Shown: positions 52,040 through 61,500 of the stretch, in pieces
Position numbering within the stretch: the stretch's first letter is position 1
Layout of the letters: the number at the start of each line of letters is the position of its first letter
Source of the DNA: a virus
IMG/VR virus record: IMGVR_UViG_3300045988_134583
Coordinates: 1 to 64,000 of that record
Strand: one strand, 5' to 3'
Length of the DNA: 64,000 nucleotides
Position numbers and translations under genes: made by a program
The notes under the pieces: model-generated
Told to the model about the DNA's origin: nothing
Database searches by the model: none
Seen by the model: the letters and a program-made list of their open reading frames with translations, nothing else

Positions 52040-52834
52040 TCACCGCTTCCCTCCCGCCATTCCGAACTGCTCCATCATGCGGGTCATTTTATCCTTCGCC
52101 ATCCCCAGTCTGCGTCCCTTGGTGGTTACTCGCATGGGAGCACACATCTCCGTAAGGCGGTCGTAGATGCGCTTGCGCACCGCGTCCTCGGTCTCCGTAA
52201 AGACCGTGGGGGTCAGGTTGGTGGTTACGATCAGCGGCTTCTTAGCCTTGTACCGCGTGTTTACAATCTCGTAGGCGGATTCCATGCCGAACTCTGTATC
52301 CCGCTCTATACCCACATCGTCCAGAATCAGCAGGGGTATATCCGCTACGGTGGATAGCACGGCTTCCCGGTTCTCCCCGAAGTCACGCTGCATACTGGCG
52401 GTCAGTTTGGGGATGGTGGTCATTATGACCGGGATGCCCTTATCGATCAGGGCGTTGGCGATACAGGCGGCGTAAAAGGTCTTACCGCCTCCGACATCCC
52501 CCCAAAGCAGGATTCCGGCGTTGTTTTTACGCACCCAGTCCCAATTCTCAACGTACTTTTTGCACAATTCGCTGGTTTTTGCGCTTGTGCCATCGTCATT
52601 GGCGAAAGTGCAGTCGATGTACTGAGCGTCTGTAAGCCCTCGTTTCCGGTAGGCGGAGATCTTCTGTTCGGTCTCACGCTTTACCCGGGCGGCTTCTTCG
52701 GCTTTCTGCCTCTCCCTCTCGCAACGGCACATCCGATGCACCAGTCGGAAGGGAATCAGCCCCTCTACACCAAACCAACGTTCGGTCTTTTCTCCGCAGA
52801 CAGGACAGGTTCTCTCAGCAGCCATCTGTTCCAT
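52040..52834 (-). CDS. DnaC/IstB-like AAA+ helicase loader with N-terminal zinc finger
   Basis: CPVCG...CRCE zinc finger, Walker A GDVGGGKT, Walker B LLILDDVG. Confidence 0.85.
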   Translation of the reverse strand: MEQMAAERTCPVCGEKTERWFGVEGLIPFRLVHRMCRCERERQKAEEAARVKRETEQKISAYRKRGLTDAQYIDCTFANDDGTSAKTSELCKKYVENWDWVRKNNAGILLWGDVGGGKTFYAACIANALIDKGIPVIMTTIPKLTASMQRDFGENREAVLSTVADIPLLILDDVGIERDTEFGMESAYEIVNTRYKAKKPLIVTTNLTPTVFTETEDAVRKRIYDRLTEMCAPMRVTTKGRRLGMAKDKMTRMMEQFGMAGGKR

Positions 52835-52840
52835 GCAGCA

Positions 52841-53839
52841 TCACCACCCGAAATCCTTTCCTGTCTCGTACTCGCTGGGGTCGATACGGGGCTTGCCCTT
52901 TTCGACCGACCTGTTCAGGTATCCCTCGAACTTTGTGGGTCTGAACAGGGTTTCCGGGCGGAAGTATTGCTCCATCTCCGTGTTCTTCCATGCATCCCAC
53001 ATTTTTTTGACGACGGTCTTGCAGTCCTCTACGCTGTACCCTTCTCCCAATCTGGCCAGCACACGATCCCGGTTTGATTTTATGTGCCGGTATTTTTTTC
53101 CGGATACGGAGTTCATGTAGTCTATTACCGTATCTGCATCCGTGTAATTCACACTTGGTTTCTCACTCGGAGTAGGAGTAAGTGTTACTTGGTTATCTCT
53201 AACAAGACTGTTACCCGGTATTGCTACTTGAGTGTCTATATCGTTACTAACTTGTGAAGGATTTAGAGATAAGTCTTTCTCGTTGTTAGAAGATATATAT
53301 ATATAATCTTTTTCTTTGGTTCTTTCTTTTTCTGCGTTACATGTAACGTTACATTCCGTTACTGTAACGTTACGTAACGTTACATCTTCCTCGGGAGTTG
53401 ATCCCTCACAAAGCTGCGCGTTTCCTTCCGGTTCCGGAAGTCCCTGCTGTTTTTTCCTCTCCCGATGCTCCTTGACCCGTATCCTTGTTTGCTCCCTGAT
53501 TCTTTCAATTTCGTCGTCTTTCTGGTATTCTTCCCATCCGTTGATCTGCAAAATGGTGTCTGGATTGGTTTGAACCATGTTCAGACTTTCAAAGGCAGCT
53601 AAAGCGAATTTCACGATGTTTTCATCAAAACCCAGCTCGTCGGCAAGCGATTTTGTGGTATACGGAACGTTCTCTGTCAGGAAGATCATCCCATTGGCGC
53701 TGCACCGGCCTGCCATTGTAAGCAGCATTATCCAAATCAGGACGATGCTGTTACCTTCCGGGAGCTTCCGCAAATACTTGATTTTGCGGTTATCAAACAT
53801 ATCGGTTGTTATTTTAACCCACTCGACTTTGCCACTCAT
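52841..53839 (-). CDS. phage replisome organizer (Phage_rep_org_N plus Phg_2220_C-like)
   Basis: N-terminal WVKITTDMFDNRKIKYLRKLPEGNSIVLIWIMLL. C-terminal YMNSVSGKKYRHIKSNRDRVLARL...FRPETLFRPTKFEGYLN. Confidence 0.85.
   Translation of the reverse strand: MSGKVEWVKITTDMFDNRKIKYLRKLPEGNSIVLIWIMLLTMAGRCSANGMIFLTENVPYTTKSLADELGFDENIVKFALAAFESLNMVQTNPDTILQINGWEEYQKDDEIERIREQTRIRVKEHRERKKQQGLPEPEGNAQLCEGSTPEEDVTLRNVTVTECNVTCNAEKERTKEKDYIYISSNNEKDLSLNPSQVSNDIDTQVAIPGNSLVRDNQVTLTPTPSEKPSVNYTDADTVIDYMNSVSGKKYRHIKSNRDRVLARLGEGYSVEDCKTVVKKMWDAWKNTEMEQYFRPETLFRPTKFEGYLNRSVEKGKPRIDPSEYETGKDFGW
53291..53385. repeat. candidate origin: AT-rich tract plus nested GTAACGTTAC palindromes inside the organizer gene
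   Basis: GTAACGTTAC at 53343, 53364 and 53374. CGTTAC half-sites at 53335 and 53357. (AT)n/T-rich tract at 53291-53333. Confidence 0.5.
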
Positions 53840-53842
53840 AGC

Positions 53843-54145
53843 TCACGCCTCCTGCCCACTAATCGTGTACCAGCTCATCCTATCCATCGGGTTTTGGCTG
53901 TAATTTCCCGTGAGTACAAGCCCTTTTTCCACCAGCTTTTGGATGGCGATGCCTATCTGGCGTTCCGTCATATACGGAAAAATATCGGCGAACATGCGCT
54001 TTGAAACACAGATCCAGAAGTGCCCGTCGTGGAAATTCTTTCCGGTAGCTTTATTCTGCTCTACCCATGACCTTATCATCTCAAAAACGGTTGCCGAATT
54101 GGTTCCACAGAGTGCGGCAATTTCAGTGTCAAAAACGTGCTTCAT
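53843..54145 (-). CDS. winged-helix/HTH-like protein (100 aa)
   Basis: Directly upstream of the replisome organizer. ERQIGIAIQKLVEKGLV is wHTH-like. Confidence 0.45.
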   Translation of the reverse strand: MKHVFDTEIAALCGTNSATVFEMIRSWVEQNKATGKNFHDGHFWICVSKRMFADIFPYMTERQIGIAIQKLVEKGLVLTGNYSQNPMDRMSWYTISGQEA

Positions 54146-54147
54146 GC

Positions 54148-54714
54148 TTACCCTCCAAATTTGCTTAGTTCTCTTTGTTTTTCCATGTACTCCCGAAGAT
54201 CCTGCGCTCCGGGTATTTCACCCTTCCGCACTATCTGGTCGAACATCTGGGAGTTAGATCGCTCGATTACTGCGTTCTTCCGGGCGCAGAACTGCCTACC
54301 ATCCGCTGAGTAGGGCGGGATAATCATGTCCGCTTCGATGATGAAGAACGTCTGCTTCTTGTACTGCGAGTAGAGTTTATCGTACACCAATGAGCCGTAA
54401 ACGCAAACCGGATCTCCCTTCATGAGGTACTGAATCCCCTCTGCGTATACGTCACGCACCTGCACCCGCATATTTTCGGTTCTGGATACTCCAGAGAAGT
54501 TAATCCACATCCGGACTACAAAAACTTTCTCCCGACGCTTTGCTCCCCAGCCTTCGGTCTTGATGTAGCCCTTTTGGGGGTCGGACATAAGAGTGCCCCA
54601 CCCCCAGCAGGGAAGCTGGAATTGCCTCGGTCTCGTTTGCGCATAACTATTCACTTCTCCCGGCGTGGCGAATACGAAGTTATTCCGTTTATGCGAATAG
54701 ACAAACAGGGGCAT
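54148..54714 (-). CDS. hypothetical protein in an SSB-like position (188 aa)
   Basis: Start at MPLFVYSH overlapping the upstream stop (TGATG). No canonical SSB motif seen. Confidence 0.4.
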   Translation of the reverse strand: MPLFVYSHKRNNFVFATPGEVNSYAQTRPRQFQLPCWGWGTLMSDPQKGYIKTEGWGAKRREKVFVVRMWINFSGVSRTENMRVQVRDVYAEGIQYLMKGDPVCVYGSLVYDKLYSQYKKQTFFIIEADMIIPPYSADGRQFCARKNAVIERSNSQMFDQIVRKGEIPGAQDLREYMEKQRELSKFGG

Positions 54715-55172
54715 CAGATCCCCTCCATTATCTTTTTTGCCCAGCAGTATTCTGTCTCGATGATGCATCCGGCAGCGGCAAAATCGGCCACGGATTTTAC
54801 GGCATCGGCAGTGGCAATATCCTTGGCTATTTCTTCCGTCTCGGCCTTTACATCGAAGTCCTTGACCTGTACGCTGACACAGGTGCCGTCGGTCTCCTTA
54901 ACCGTAACTACGACGGATACCTTGTACCAGTTCTTTACAACGTTGAACCGGACAGAGCCAGCGGAACGGGTGTCTGCATCAATGCAGAATTTCTCCGTTC
55001 TTCCGGAATAATCCGCAGAAACCTTCATGGATTCAAGAGGGTTCTGGATGCGGTTTTCGAGGATATCCAGCACGTCCATCTTGTCCGTCCAGTTGGCCTT
55101 GCGAAGCTTGTTAATGATGCTCAAAACATACTCCTGCGGAATGTAAATGTTGGATTCAATCTTTCTTTCCAT
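54714..55172 (-). CDS. hypothetical protein (152 aa)
   Basis: Start at MERKIESN. Confidence 0.45.
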   Translation of the reverse strand: MERKIESNIYIPQEYVLSIINKLRKANWTDKMDVLDILENRIQNPLESMKVSADYSGRTEKFCIDADTRSAGSVRFNVVKNWYKVSVVVTVKETDGTCVSVQVKDFDVKAETEEIAKDIATADAVKSVADFAAAGCIIETEYCWAKKIMEGI

Positions 55173-55384
55173 TGCTCTTTGTTCCCTTTCTGCGTAGTGC
55201 GATATAGTGGTCAAAACCAACCCAAAGGTAGAACCTGAACGTCCTCTGAAAGTGCTCGTCCAGATAATAAGAGGGACGATAGAAGAAGTAAAAGCGGCGT
55301 CTGTTTGAGTGCCGTTTGCCCCAGCAGAAGCGTCCTATACAATGCATAGAAGTCCTCCGTATACATGAATTATTATCCAAATAA

Positions 55385-56119
55385 TCAGTCGTTTGTTTTC
55401 CAACCGATGATGCCGCACAGTTTCTCGTCCAGACGGATTCCGTCGGTATGATACTTCGCATCGAAGGTGGTCTGGCCTATGGAATGTGCTTCCCGATGAT
55501 GTTCCCGGCACAGCGGCTCTACAAGCTGCCCTAAGTGCGCTATTTGCCCTCTATTTCGCCCCATGCCCACCGCCTCGACTTCGTGTACGTCTGCGGGCTT
55601 TCCACAGATACAGCACCGTTTATTTGCCACACAGGCGTACATATACCGGGTTATATCGCTGGCACGATTCAAAAGGCTTTCGGAGCATGGAATCGCATTC
55701 TCCACACAGAGGTTTACGAGCCAGTCTATAAAGTCCGATGCGGTGGATTGATCTATTGTGTTTTCAGATCTGGCAGACAGGGAAAAGAAGTCTATTCCGG
55801 TTAATCGACAATAGTTATTGGTGAGGATGAAGCGTACTTCCTCACTGTCTGCGGTATCGATCAGATAGTTGAGTTCCAGGGCGTTCATTGTTTCCGCTAT
55901 GACGTGTCGTTTCTCCGCATAGCCGGAAATGAAGGAGGTAATATCGTGTACAAGGGCATGGATACAGCGCCGCTGCGCCGGGGTAATTTCCCGTGCGTCC
56001 TTCAAGATCACTTCGACCTCCGAGCTTTTATCCAGGACGTCGCTGATATCTCCGAGTATGGGGCACGAGATATAGAGCACCCCCGCACGTTCGTCAAAAG
56101 CGTTTATTGTTCCTTTCAT
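55385..56119 (-). CDS. DUF968-like putative HNH nuclease
   Basis: C-terminal CCICGKPADVHEVEAVGMG...PLCREHHREAH...F motif. Confidence 0.65.
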   Translation of the reverse strand: MKGTINAFDERAGVLYISCPILGDISDVLDKSSEVEVILKDAREITPAQRRCIHALVHDITSFISGYAEKRHVIAETMNALELNYLIDTADSEEVRFILTNNYCRLTGIDFFSLSARSENTIDQSTASDFIDWLVNLCVENAIPCSESLLNRASDITRYMYACVANKRCCICGKPADVHEVEAVGMGRNRGQIAHLGQLVEPLCREHHREAHSIGQTTFDAKYHTDGIRLDEKLCGIIGWKTND

Positions 56120-56147
56120 ACGGGGGATGCTCCTTTACTGTTGTTCT

Positions 56148-57011
56148 TTATGCGAGAGGATCTGCCTCCATGGTCTGGTCTATGGTAACAGCGGGTTCTT
56201 CGGGGACTTCTACGGCCTCTGTTACGATTTCGCCGCCCTTAACAACGCCGATAGATTCATCCGTTTCGAACGCACGAATGAGTTCCGTGGACATGATGCC
56301 CCATTTGGAAATGATCTGTCTGAGAAGGGTCTTACATCCCATGTCGTCAAACGCGGTGTACCAAAATGAAGAATATTTCCACATTTCCGACTGCGGGATT
56401 TCTCCCCTTTGCAGCTTTTCATACGCTTCCTTACTGAAAGCCTTTGAATATTTGTCCGCATGGGCAAGCATTTTCTGGTAAGACCAGTACATGGCCTTCC
56501 TAAACCCGTTAAGATATTCGAAGAAGCAGTAGTAGCCTATCGTCTTTGCTTTTTCTCTGGCTTCTTCATCCTCTATGAGGTTTACTTCGATTTCTTCTGA
56601 AAGCGGATCGAAGCTTACGAGTTCTCCTTCTTTGATGGGAAGAACGTTAATTTTCTTGTAATATCCGCTTCGAATAGCAAGTTGGACATATCCTTTATAC
56701 CCCATTTGAAAGGTGGCCACCTTGCATCCACGCTTTTTATCGTCATACGGAACCATGTAAAACATTCCGAGCTGGGGAGAGGGCGAAAGGTTGAGCGCTT
56801 CGCCCAGCAAACCGGCAGACAATATGGTGGATGCCTCACACTCTTGCAGTTTAGGATTTACGGAAACCGCCGAAGTGATGGAAGCTATGAACCTGGCCGA
56901 ACGCTTGGGATCTCCGATTGTCTGGTTGATGAGATTCTTGTAGCCTTCGCTTTGAATAGCTACGCTGAATTTGGGTCTCTGATTCTTGGTAAGAGAATTG
57001 TTAGTTGCCAT
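56148..57011 (-). CDS. recT: RecT-family single-strand annealing recombinase
   Basis: SILSAGLLGEALNLSPSPQLGMFYMVPY...FQMGYKGYVQLAIRSGYYKKI is the RecT signature. Confidence 0.85.
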   Translation of the reverse strand: MATNNSLTKNQRPKFSVAIQSEGYKNLINQTIGDPKRSARFIASITSAVSVNPKLQECEASTILSAGLLGEALNLSPSPQLGMFYMVPYDDKKRGCKVATFQMGYKGYVQLAIRSGYYKKINVLPIKEGELVSFDPLSEEIEVNLIEDEEAREKAKTIGYYCFFEYLNGFRKAMYWSYQKMLAHADKYSKAFSKEAYEKLQRGEIPQSEMWKYSSFWYTAFDDMGCKTLLRQIISKWGIMSTELIRAFETDESIGVVKGGEIVTEAVEVPEEPAVTIDQTMEADPLA

Positions 57012-57014
57012 TGA

Positions 57015-57233
57015 TTATGGCTCCTTTCTGTATAATTTAAGCCGTTTGGTAAGGGAAACAATCTGCTCTTGCAGCTGCTCAATCGTGGCCTGCTGTTTAA
57101 GGCATAGATCGTCCAGCTCTTTCAGTGTCTTGTCCTGATACTCGATAAGTGCTGCGGAAATCTCGCAGGCATTGAGAATATCCGTTATGCTGGTGGATTC
57201 CCGCAGCGTTTGAAGGAGAGTGAATTTGTTCAC
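57015..57233 (-). CDS. small coiled-coil protein (72 aa)
   Basis: ORF with tight coupling to its neighbours. Confidence 0.4.
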   Translation of the reverse strand: MNKFTLLQTLRESTSITDILNACEISAALIEYQDKTLKELDDLCLKQQATIEQLQEQIVSLTKRLKLYRKEP

Positions 57234-58102
57234 TTAACACTCCCGTACCGGATGCCATTCCGCAGAAGGAAGTCCCGCAGAGCTGCTTTCTGTGCATCGT
57301 TTACCCACACCCGGAAATCAATCTGCTGCAATGGCTTGGGTGTTTCCAGCACGTCCTCTTCAAAATCAACTTTATCCACAACGGCGTCAAGTTCTTCAAC
57401 TTCCTCCACGTCGGGGTTTGGTTGTTCCACAGGAGCCTGCGCCTTGGCCTGTTCCGCCTGACGGATGCGCTCTGCGGCTTCCTCTTCCCGTTTTCTGGCC
57501 GTTTCCAGTGTAGTGTTATGTCGGATAACATCAGCAATGGAAAGGGTCAAATAGTACCGCTGTACAAGCTCTATAGAGAAGGGAGAATCCATCTTGCGGA
57601 TAGTTTCCAGATCGTCCCGGATACCGTTCAGGCGGTCGCTGATGTCCGTTTCCACCTGCGCCATCTTGTAGGTACGGTTAAGCCACTTCGGATTCCAGAT
57701 TTTATCCAGAGAGATGTGTTCGGCCAATTCTCCGGCGGTAATGGCATAGAACTTCTCGATCTGAGACTGCTTTTCCTTGATCTCCGCGTCCTCGAAAGCC
57801 TTGACCTGTGTGTTGATATTATCGATGCCCAAATGGATGATGCCCGTGATCTCCTTCATCCGGGCTTCAAACTCCTTGTAGGGCTTCTCGCATTCCTTCT
57901 TAATGGCCTTGCGCTGATCTTCCAGCGCGGATTCCAGTTTACGAAGGTTGGCAAGATCCTTTTTCGCGGCAGTAACACCATCTGCGGTGACGAGGACGGA
58001 CTGATAAGGTTCCATTCTCTCGGCTATTTCTGCCTTCAACTGCTCCCAATTCCAGGAAATAGGCGTAGACTTAATAGGGGACACGATCATTTCAAGTGCC
58101 AT
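57230..58102 (-). CDS. DUF1351-like phage protein
   Basis: 290 aa, coiled-coil-rich, located between the exonuclease and RecT genes as in many Gram-positive phages. Confidence 0.55.
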   Translation of the reverse strand: MALEMIVSPIKSTPISWNWEQLKAEIAERMEPYQSVLVTADGVTAAKKDLANLRKLESALEDQRKAIKKECEKPYKEFEARMKEITGIIHLGIDNINTQVKAFEDAEIKEKQSQIEKFYAITAGELAEHISLDKIWNPKWLNRTYKMAQVETDISDRLNGIRDDLETIRKMDSPFSIELVQRYYLTLSIADVIRHNTTLETARKREEEAAERIRQAEQAKAQAPVEQPNPDVEEVEELDAVVDKVDFEEDVLETPKPLQQIDFRVWVNDAQKAALRDFLLRNGIRYGSVK

Positions 58103-58182
58103 AGCGTTCGATTCTCCTTATTTGATTTTCAATTTGTTCGGAAAGTGATGAAATGAGTAAGATGGGGTAACAAGTGATACAG

Positions 58183-58842
58183 TTAGATTTCGGGCAGGAT
58201 CAGGGGTGGGCGTTTGTCGGCTTCCACATATCCCCAGAACTTGGTTTCCTCTTTCAGGAGCCATTCCATGCCGTCGGCAACGTTCTGGTCGGTACGGTCT
58301 ATCCGATATTCCCGAACCACCCATTCATTCTGCCCCATAAGGAGCGCATACAGTATAACAAAATCCCATCCTGTGGCAAGGAGTTGGTGTACGGTCTGGC
58401 AGAAGTATCCCTGCGGGTAGCCGTCCTTCCATTCGTCCCATTGTGCCCTTGTAGTCAGTGTAGCGGTTTTGATTTCCAGTATGCCGTGGTTGGCTCCGTA
58501 ATGAGTCGGTGAATCCGTGTAAAGTTCTCCGTCCAGCGTGGCTCTCAGCCATGGCCGCTCCGAAAGATAGAGGATATCGAACTGGTTGTAGGAAAGCTGG
58601 TATTCCGGGTGCTTGACCTTGAACATTTCCCGCATAACCGGCTCCATTTTGTTGCCGAACTCGATGAACCTATTGTTTACGCGCTTGGATTTTTTGTGTC
58701 CAGCCATGATCTCCCAAAGCTCCTGATTGGTTTGCCACTTTGAGATTCCTACGGCTGCGGCTGCGCTGGATGCTCCGATTCCGGTAGTCCTTCCGGCCAG
58801 CCAGTCCTCTCTGTTTGTAAAGTGCAGTCTTTCAAGGGGCAT
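58183..58842 (-). CDS. YqaJ-like (lambda Exo family) recombination exonuclease
   Basis: WLAGRTTGIGASSAAAAVGISKWQTNQELW plus a PD-(D/E)XK-like DGE...EIK motif. Confidence 0.85.
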   Translation of the reverse strand: MPLERLHFTNREDWLAGRTTGIGASSAAAAVGISKWQTNQELWEIMAGHKKSKRVNNRFIEFGNKMEPVMREMFKVKHPEYQLSYNQFDILYLSERPWLRATLDGELYTDSPTHYGANHGILEIKTATLTTRAQWDEWKDGYPQGYFCQTVHQLLATGWDFVILYALLMGQNEWVVREYRIDRTDQNVADGMEWLLKEETKFWGYVEADKRPPLILPEI

Positions 58843-58865
58843 GTCCGCATATCACCTCCTTAATT

Positions 58866-59090
58866 TCAGTCCCATTCAGACACACATTTGACGGTTATGC
58901 ATTCGTCACAGCCTACCACATCCCCGAAGTCGTTTTCGTACAGGCGCTCCGGGAGATTATTGCCGCAGACCGGGCAGCACACACGCTTCTTCTTACTGTC
59001 TCTCCATTCCTCCGGGGTCATTCCGGTACGCTCCATAAGGGCAATATCGGGATGATCTGGGAACATAGGATCGTTTGCTTTGTAACTCAT
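58866..59090 (-). CDS. zinc-ribbon protein (74 aa)
   Basis: Start at MSYKAND with an ATGA overlap to the sigma gene stop. CCPVCG...CDEC. Confidence 0.45.
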   Translation of the reverse strand: MSYKANDPMFPDHPDIALMERTGMTPEEWRDSKKKRVCCPVCGNNLPERLYENDFGDVVGCDECITVKCVSEWD

Positions 59091-59899
59091 GCCGCATAAC
59101 TCCTGTAACCACGCATGAAGTAGCAGAGGTAATTCAACGCTTCCTGATCTTTCATTCCAACCCATGTGTGAGACATTTTCAGCTTCTTCCCAATCTCCCG
59201 CATAGGGATATTAAGACAGTAGTGCATGTAAACAATCTTCTTGCAATCTTCGGTAAGGTGTTTAAGGGAGTTTTCCAGATCGACCCGCAGATTGGAATAG
59301 TCCTCGAAGGGAGCGTCAGATGCGAGGGTATCCATAATGGTTTTCACGCCTTCCCGGTCATTGCAGATAGGAGCGTCCAGATAGGAAACGCCGACGTAGG
59401 AGGAAATGAGCAGATAGTAATCGTACTCAGACATTCCCATCTCATGAGCCACGGCCTCGTTAGCGGTTTTGGCATCGCCCTCTTTCAGCAGCGTGGAGAA
59501 TCGCTTGATTGCCTTACGGGCTTTGGCTCTGTCGTGCTCCGGAATATGCAGCTGAGCGCAGTTACGCTCGTAAACGGTGAACTCACCCTTGATCTTGTAA
59601 TAGGCGAAGGTGGAGAATTTAACGGAAGAATCCAAACTGAACTGGTCTACCGCCTTGCAAAGCCCCATGCACCCGGTCTGGATGCAATCTTCCCAATCGG
59701 GAGTACAGCTGCCGTAGTGGTCGTTTATATACTTGGCTACGAGGCGCATGTTCCCTTCGATGCACTTTTCTCTGGCCTGATCGTCCCCGGCGTGTGCGAG
59801 GCGGATAAGGCGCATGGATTCTTCGTTGGAGATAGAAGGATAATCTTTCAGGTCGATAAAGAACCTGTTTTCCATTTCGCGGTACTTACTCTTGCACAT
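59087..59899 (-). CDS. sigma-70 family RNA polymerase sigma factor (group 3/sporulation-sigma-like)
   Basis: Region 2: NMRLVAKYI...DCIQTGCMGLCKAVDQF...FSTFAYYKIKGE. Region 4 HTH: IPMREIGKKLKMSHTWVG. GGAGGAAAG RBS. Confidence 0.8.
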   Translation of the reverse strand: MCKSKYREMENRFFIDLKDYPSISNEESMRLIRLAHAGDDQAREKCIEGNMRLVAKYINDHYGSCTPDWEDCIQTGCMGLCKAVDQFSLDSSVKFSTFAYYKIKGEFTVYERNCAQLHIPEHDRAKARKAIKRFSTLLKEGDAKTANEAVAHEMGMSEYDYYLLISSYVGVSYLDAPICNDREGVKTIMDTLASDAPFEDYSNLRVDLENSLKHLTEDCKKIVYMHYCLNIPMREIGKKLKMSHTWVGMKDQEALNYLCYFMRGYRSYAA

Positions 59900-60665
59900 A
59901 TTGTCTGCTTTCCTCCGTAGCCAGAAATTTATTGACGAAATAAAGCTGCCCCTTCCCGGTAATGACGGGTGTCTTATTGATGATCGTGCCGGAAGGAGTG
60001 GAAACGGTTCTTTCCTTGATCTCCATCAATCCAAGCTCCATGCTGTACTGGGTAGGCATGTTCTTTGACTGCCCATCCTTCATAAGGTATCCGCTGCTTC
60101 TTAACCAATCGAACATCCGGGTTCGGCCAATGTCCACGCCGTTCTGACGGATGATCTTTGCCAGATCGCCTACGAGGATGGTGCTTTCGGAAGTACCTAC
60201 CGAATCAGCGAACAGGACTTTTGGAGCGTTCTCCTTCTCCCTTGCTTCCAACGCTTTGCGCTTTTCCGTTTCCTCTTTCAGGGCGGTAGCCAGCTTAATG
60301 AGGTAGTCGGGGTTGAGCAGTGCGGCTTCAAGAGTTTCGGGGGTAAGGTAGGCACCGTGTTTACGGATTGTGGGTAACACTTCATCAAATACCCAGCGTT
60401 CAAACTTCTCAGCGGTGGGGAGCTTACTATGCGTTATGAGACGGTATACATCGCCCTCTGCGATAAACAGCATTTCCTGTTCCCCGCCGTTTGTAGGGAT
60501 ACGCCGTTTTAGCGTACCCTTTGCATGACGAGCAACTGCTTCGTTTGGTCTACTGTATCCGAGCGCCCTCGCAACATCGGATCCGCAGAACAACGGCTTC
60601 CCGTTTTCCTCGATCGTTCGTACTTCACCAAACTGTTCATTACGGAATACTTGCATCTCTTCCAT
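59886..60665 (-). CDS. antirepressor (Bro-N plus KilAC domains)
   Basis: FRNEQFGEVRTIEENGKPLFCGSDVARALGY...YRLITHSKLPTAEKFERWVFDEVLPTIRKHG. C-terminal LVGDLAKIIRQNGVDIGRTRMFDWLRSSGYL. Confidence 0.8.
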   Translation of the reverse strand: MEEMQVFRNEQFGEVRTIEENGKPLFCGSDVARALGYSRPNEAVARHAKGTLKRRIPTNGGEQEMLFIAEGDVYRLITHSKLPTAEKFERWVFDEVLPTIRKHGAYLTPETLEAALLNPDYLIKLATALKEETEKRKALEAREKENAPKVLFADSVGTSESTILVGDLAKIIRQNGVDIGRTRMFDWLRSSGYLMKDGQSKNMPTQYSMELGLMEIKERTVSTPSGTIINKTPVITGKGQLYFVNKFLATEESRQYVQE

Positions 60666-60681
60666 GGTATAGTTCCTTTCT

Positions 60682-60912
60682 TTATTTACTTTTTGCCGAA
60701 GGTGTGTTATCCTGAGTTGATACAGTAGAAAAGAGTTTTCTCGGGTCTGTATAGTCGTAAAGTTCCAGCAGCTTTATCAGAACATCGTAGGACGGTTTTC
60801 GTTCCCCCTTTTCCATGAGGCGAACCGCTTCTGCGGATACTCCAATCAAAGAAGATACATAGGCTCTGCTCCATCCACGAGTTCTTCTTTCTTCTTCTAT
60901 TGCAAGGATCAC
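60682..60912 (-). CDS. XRE-family HTH regulator (Cro-like position, first gene of the leftward early operon)
   Basis: RTRGWSRAYVSSLIGVSAEAVRLMEKGERKPS. Confidence 0.7.
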   Translation of the reverse strand: MILAIEEERRTRGWSRAYVSSLIGVSAEAVRLMEKGERKPSYDVLIKLLELYDYTDPRKLFSTVSTQDNTPSAKSK

Positions 60913-60948
60913 TGGTTACTCCTTTCTCCTTGCACGCTCCAACTCTCG

Positions 60949-60985
60949 GTTGGAATAGTTACATAATAGCAACTTTAAGTTGGAA
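60949..60985. promoter_or_regulatory. direct GTTGGAA boxes in the divergent intergenic region (operator candidates)
   Basis: GTTGGAA at 60949 and 60979 (30-nt spacing) between divergent HTH genes. Confidence 0.35.
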
Positions 60986-61001
60986 AGTCAAGGTGTGTTT
61001 T

Positions 61002-61223
61002 ATGTCTTACAGAGAAATTTTTTCAGAGAGATTTTCCAGTCTGCGCATAAAGAGCGGAATCAGCAGAAGCCAAATGGGAAAAATACTCGGCGTCTCAAAC
61101 GAAGCAATAAGGCTTATGGAAATAGGAATGAGAGCGCCCGGCTTCGAAATGTTTCTGGCGATTGCAGACTACTTCAACGTTTCGTTGGACTACTTAACAG
61201 GTAGGGATTCCAAAGAAGAATAA
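61002..61223 (+). CDS. XRE-family HTH regulator (73 aa)
   Basis: Start at MSYREIF. LRIKSGISRSQMGKILGVSNEAIRLMEIGMRAP...ADYFNVSLDYLTG. Confidence 0.7.
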   Translation: MSYREIFSERFSSLRIKSGISRSQMGKILGVSNEAIRLMEIGMRAPGFEMFLAIADYFNVSLDYLTGRDSKEE

Positions 61224-61224
61224 A

Positions 61225-61500
61225 ATGTTCAAGGATAGGTTTCGCTCGGCTCGTATTTACCGAGGATATACCTTGCAAGAAGTTGCAGACAATTTAGGAA
61301 TGGCATTAAGGTCGATACAGAAGTATGAAGGCGGAAACAGAGAGCCGGACTTTTCTACTCTGGTAGAAATTGCGGACTTATTCGATGTCCCTACCGACTT
61401 CCTGCTCGAACGGGATGATTATCTTCGTTCTCTCGGAGTATCCGTTGATGTACCCCCAGAATGTCCTCTAAGGCGTCCCAAACCTCAAAAGAACCATTGA
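61225..61500 (+). CDS. XRE-family HTH regulator (91 aa)
   Basis: ARIYRGYTLQEVADNLGMALRSIQKYEGGNREP...IADLFDVPTDFLL. Confidence 0.7.
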   Translation: MFKDRFRSARIYRGYTLQEVADNLGMALRSIQKYEGGNREPDFSTLVEIADLFDVPTDFLLERDDYLRSLGVSVDVPPECPLRRPKPQKNH

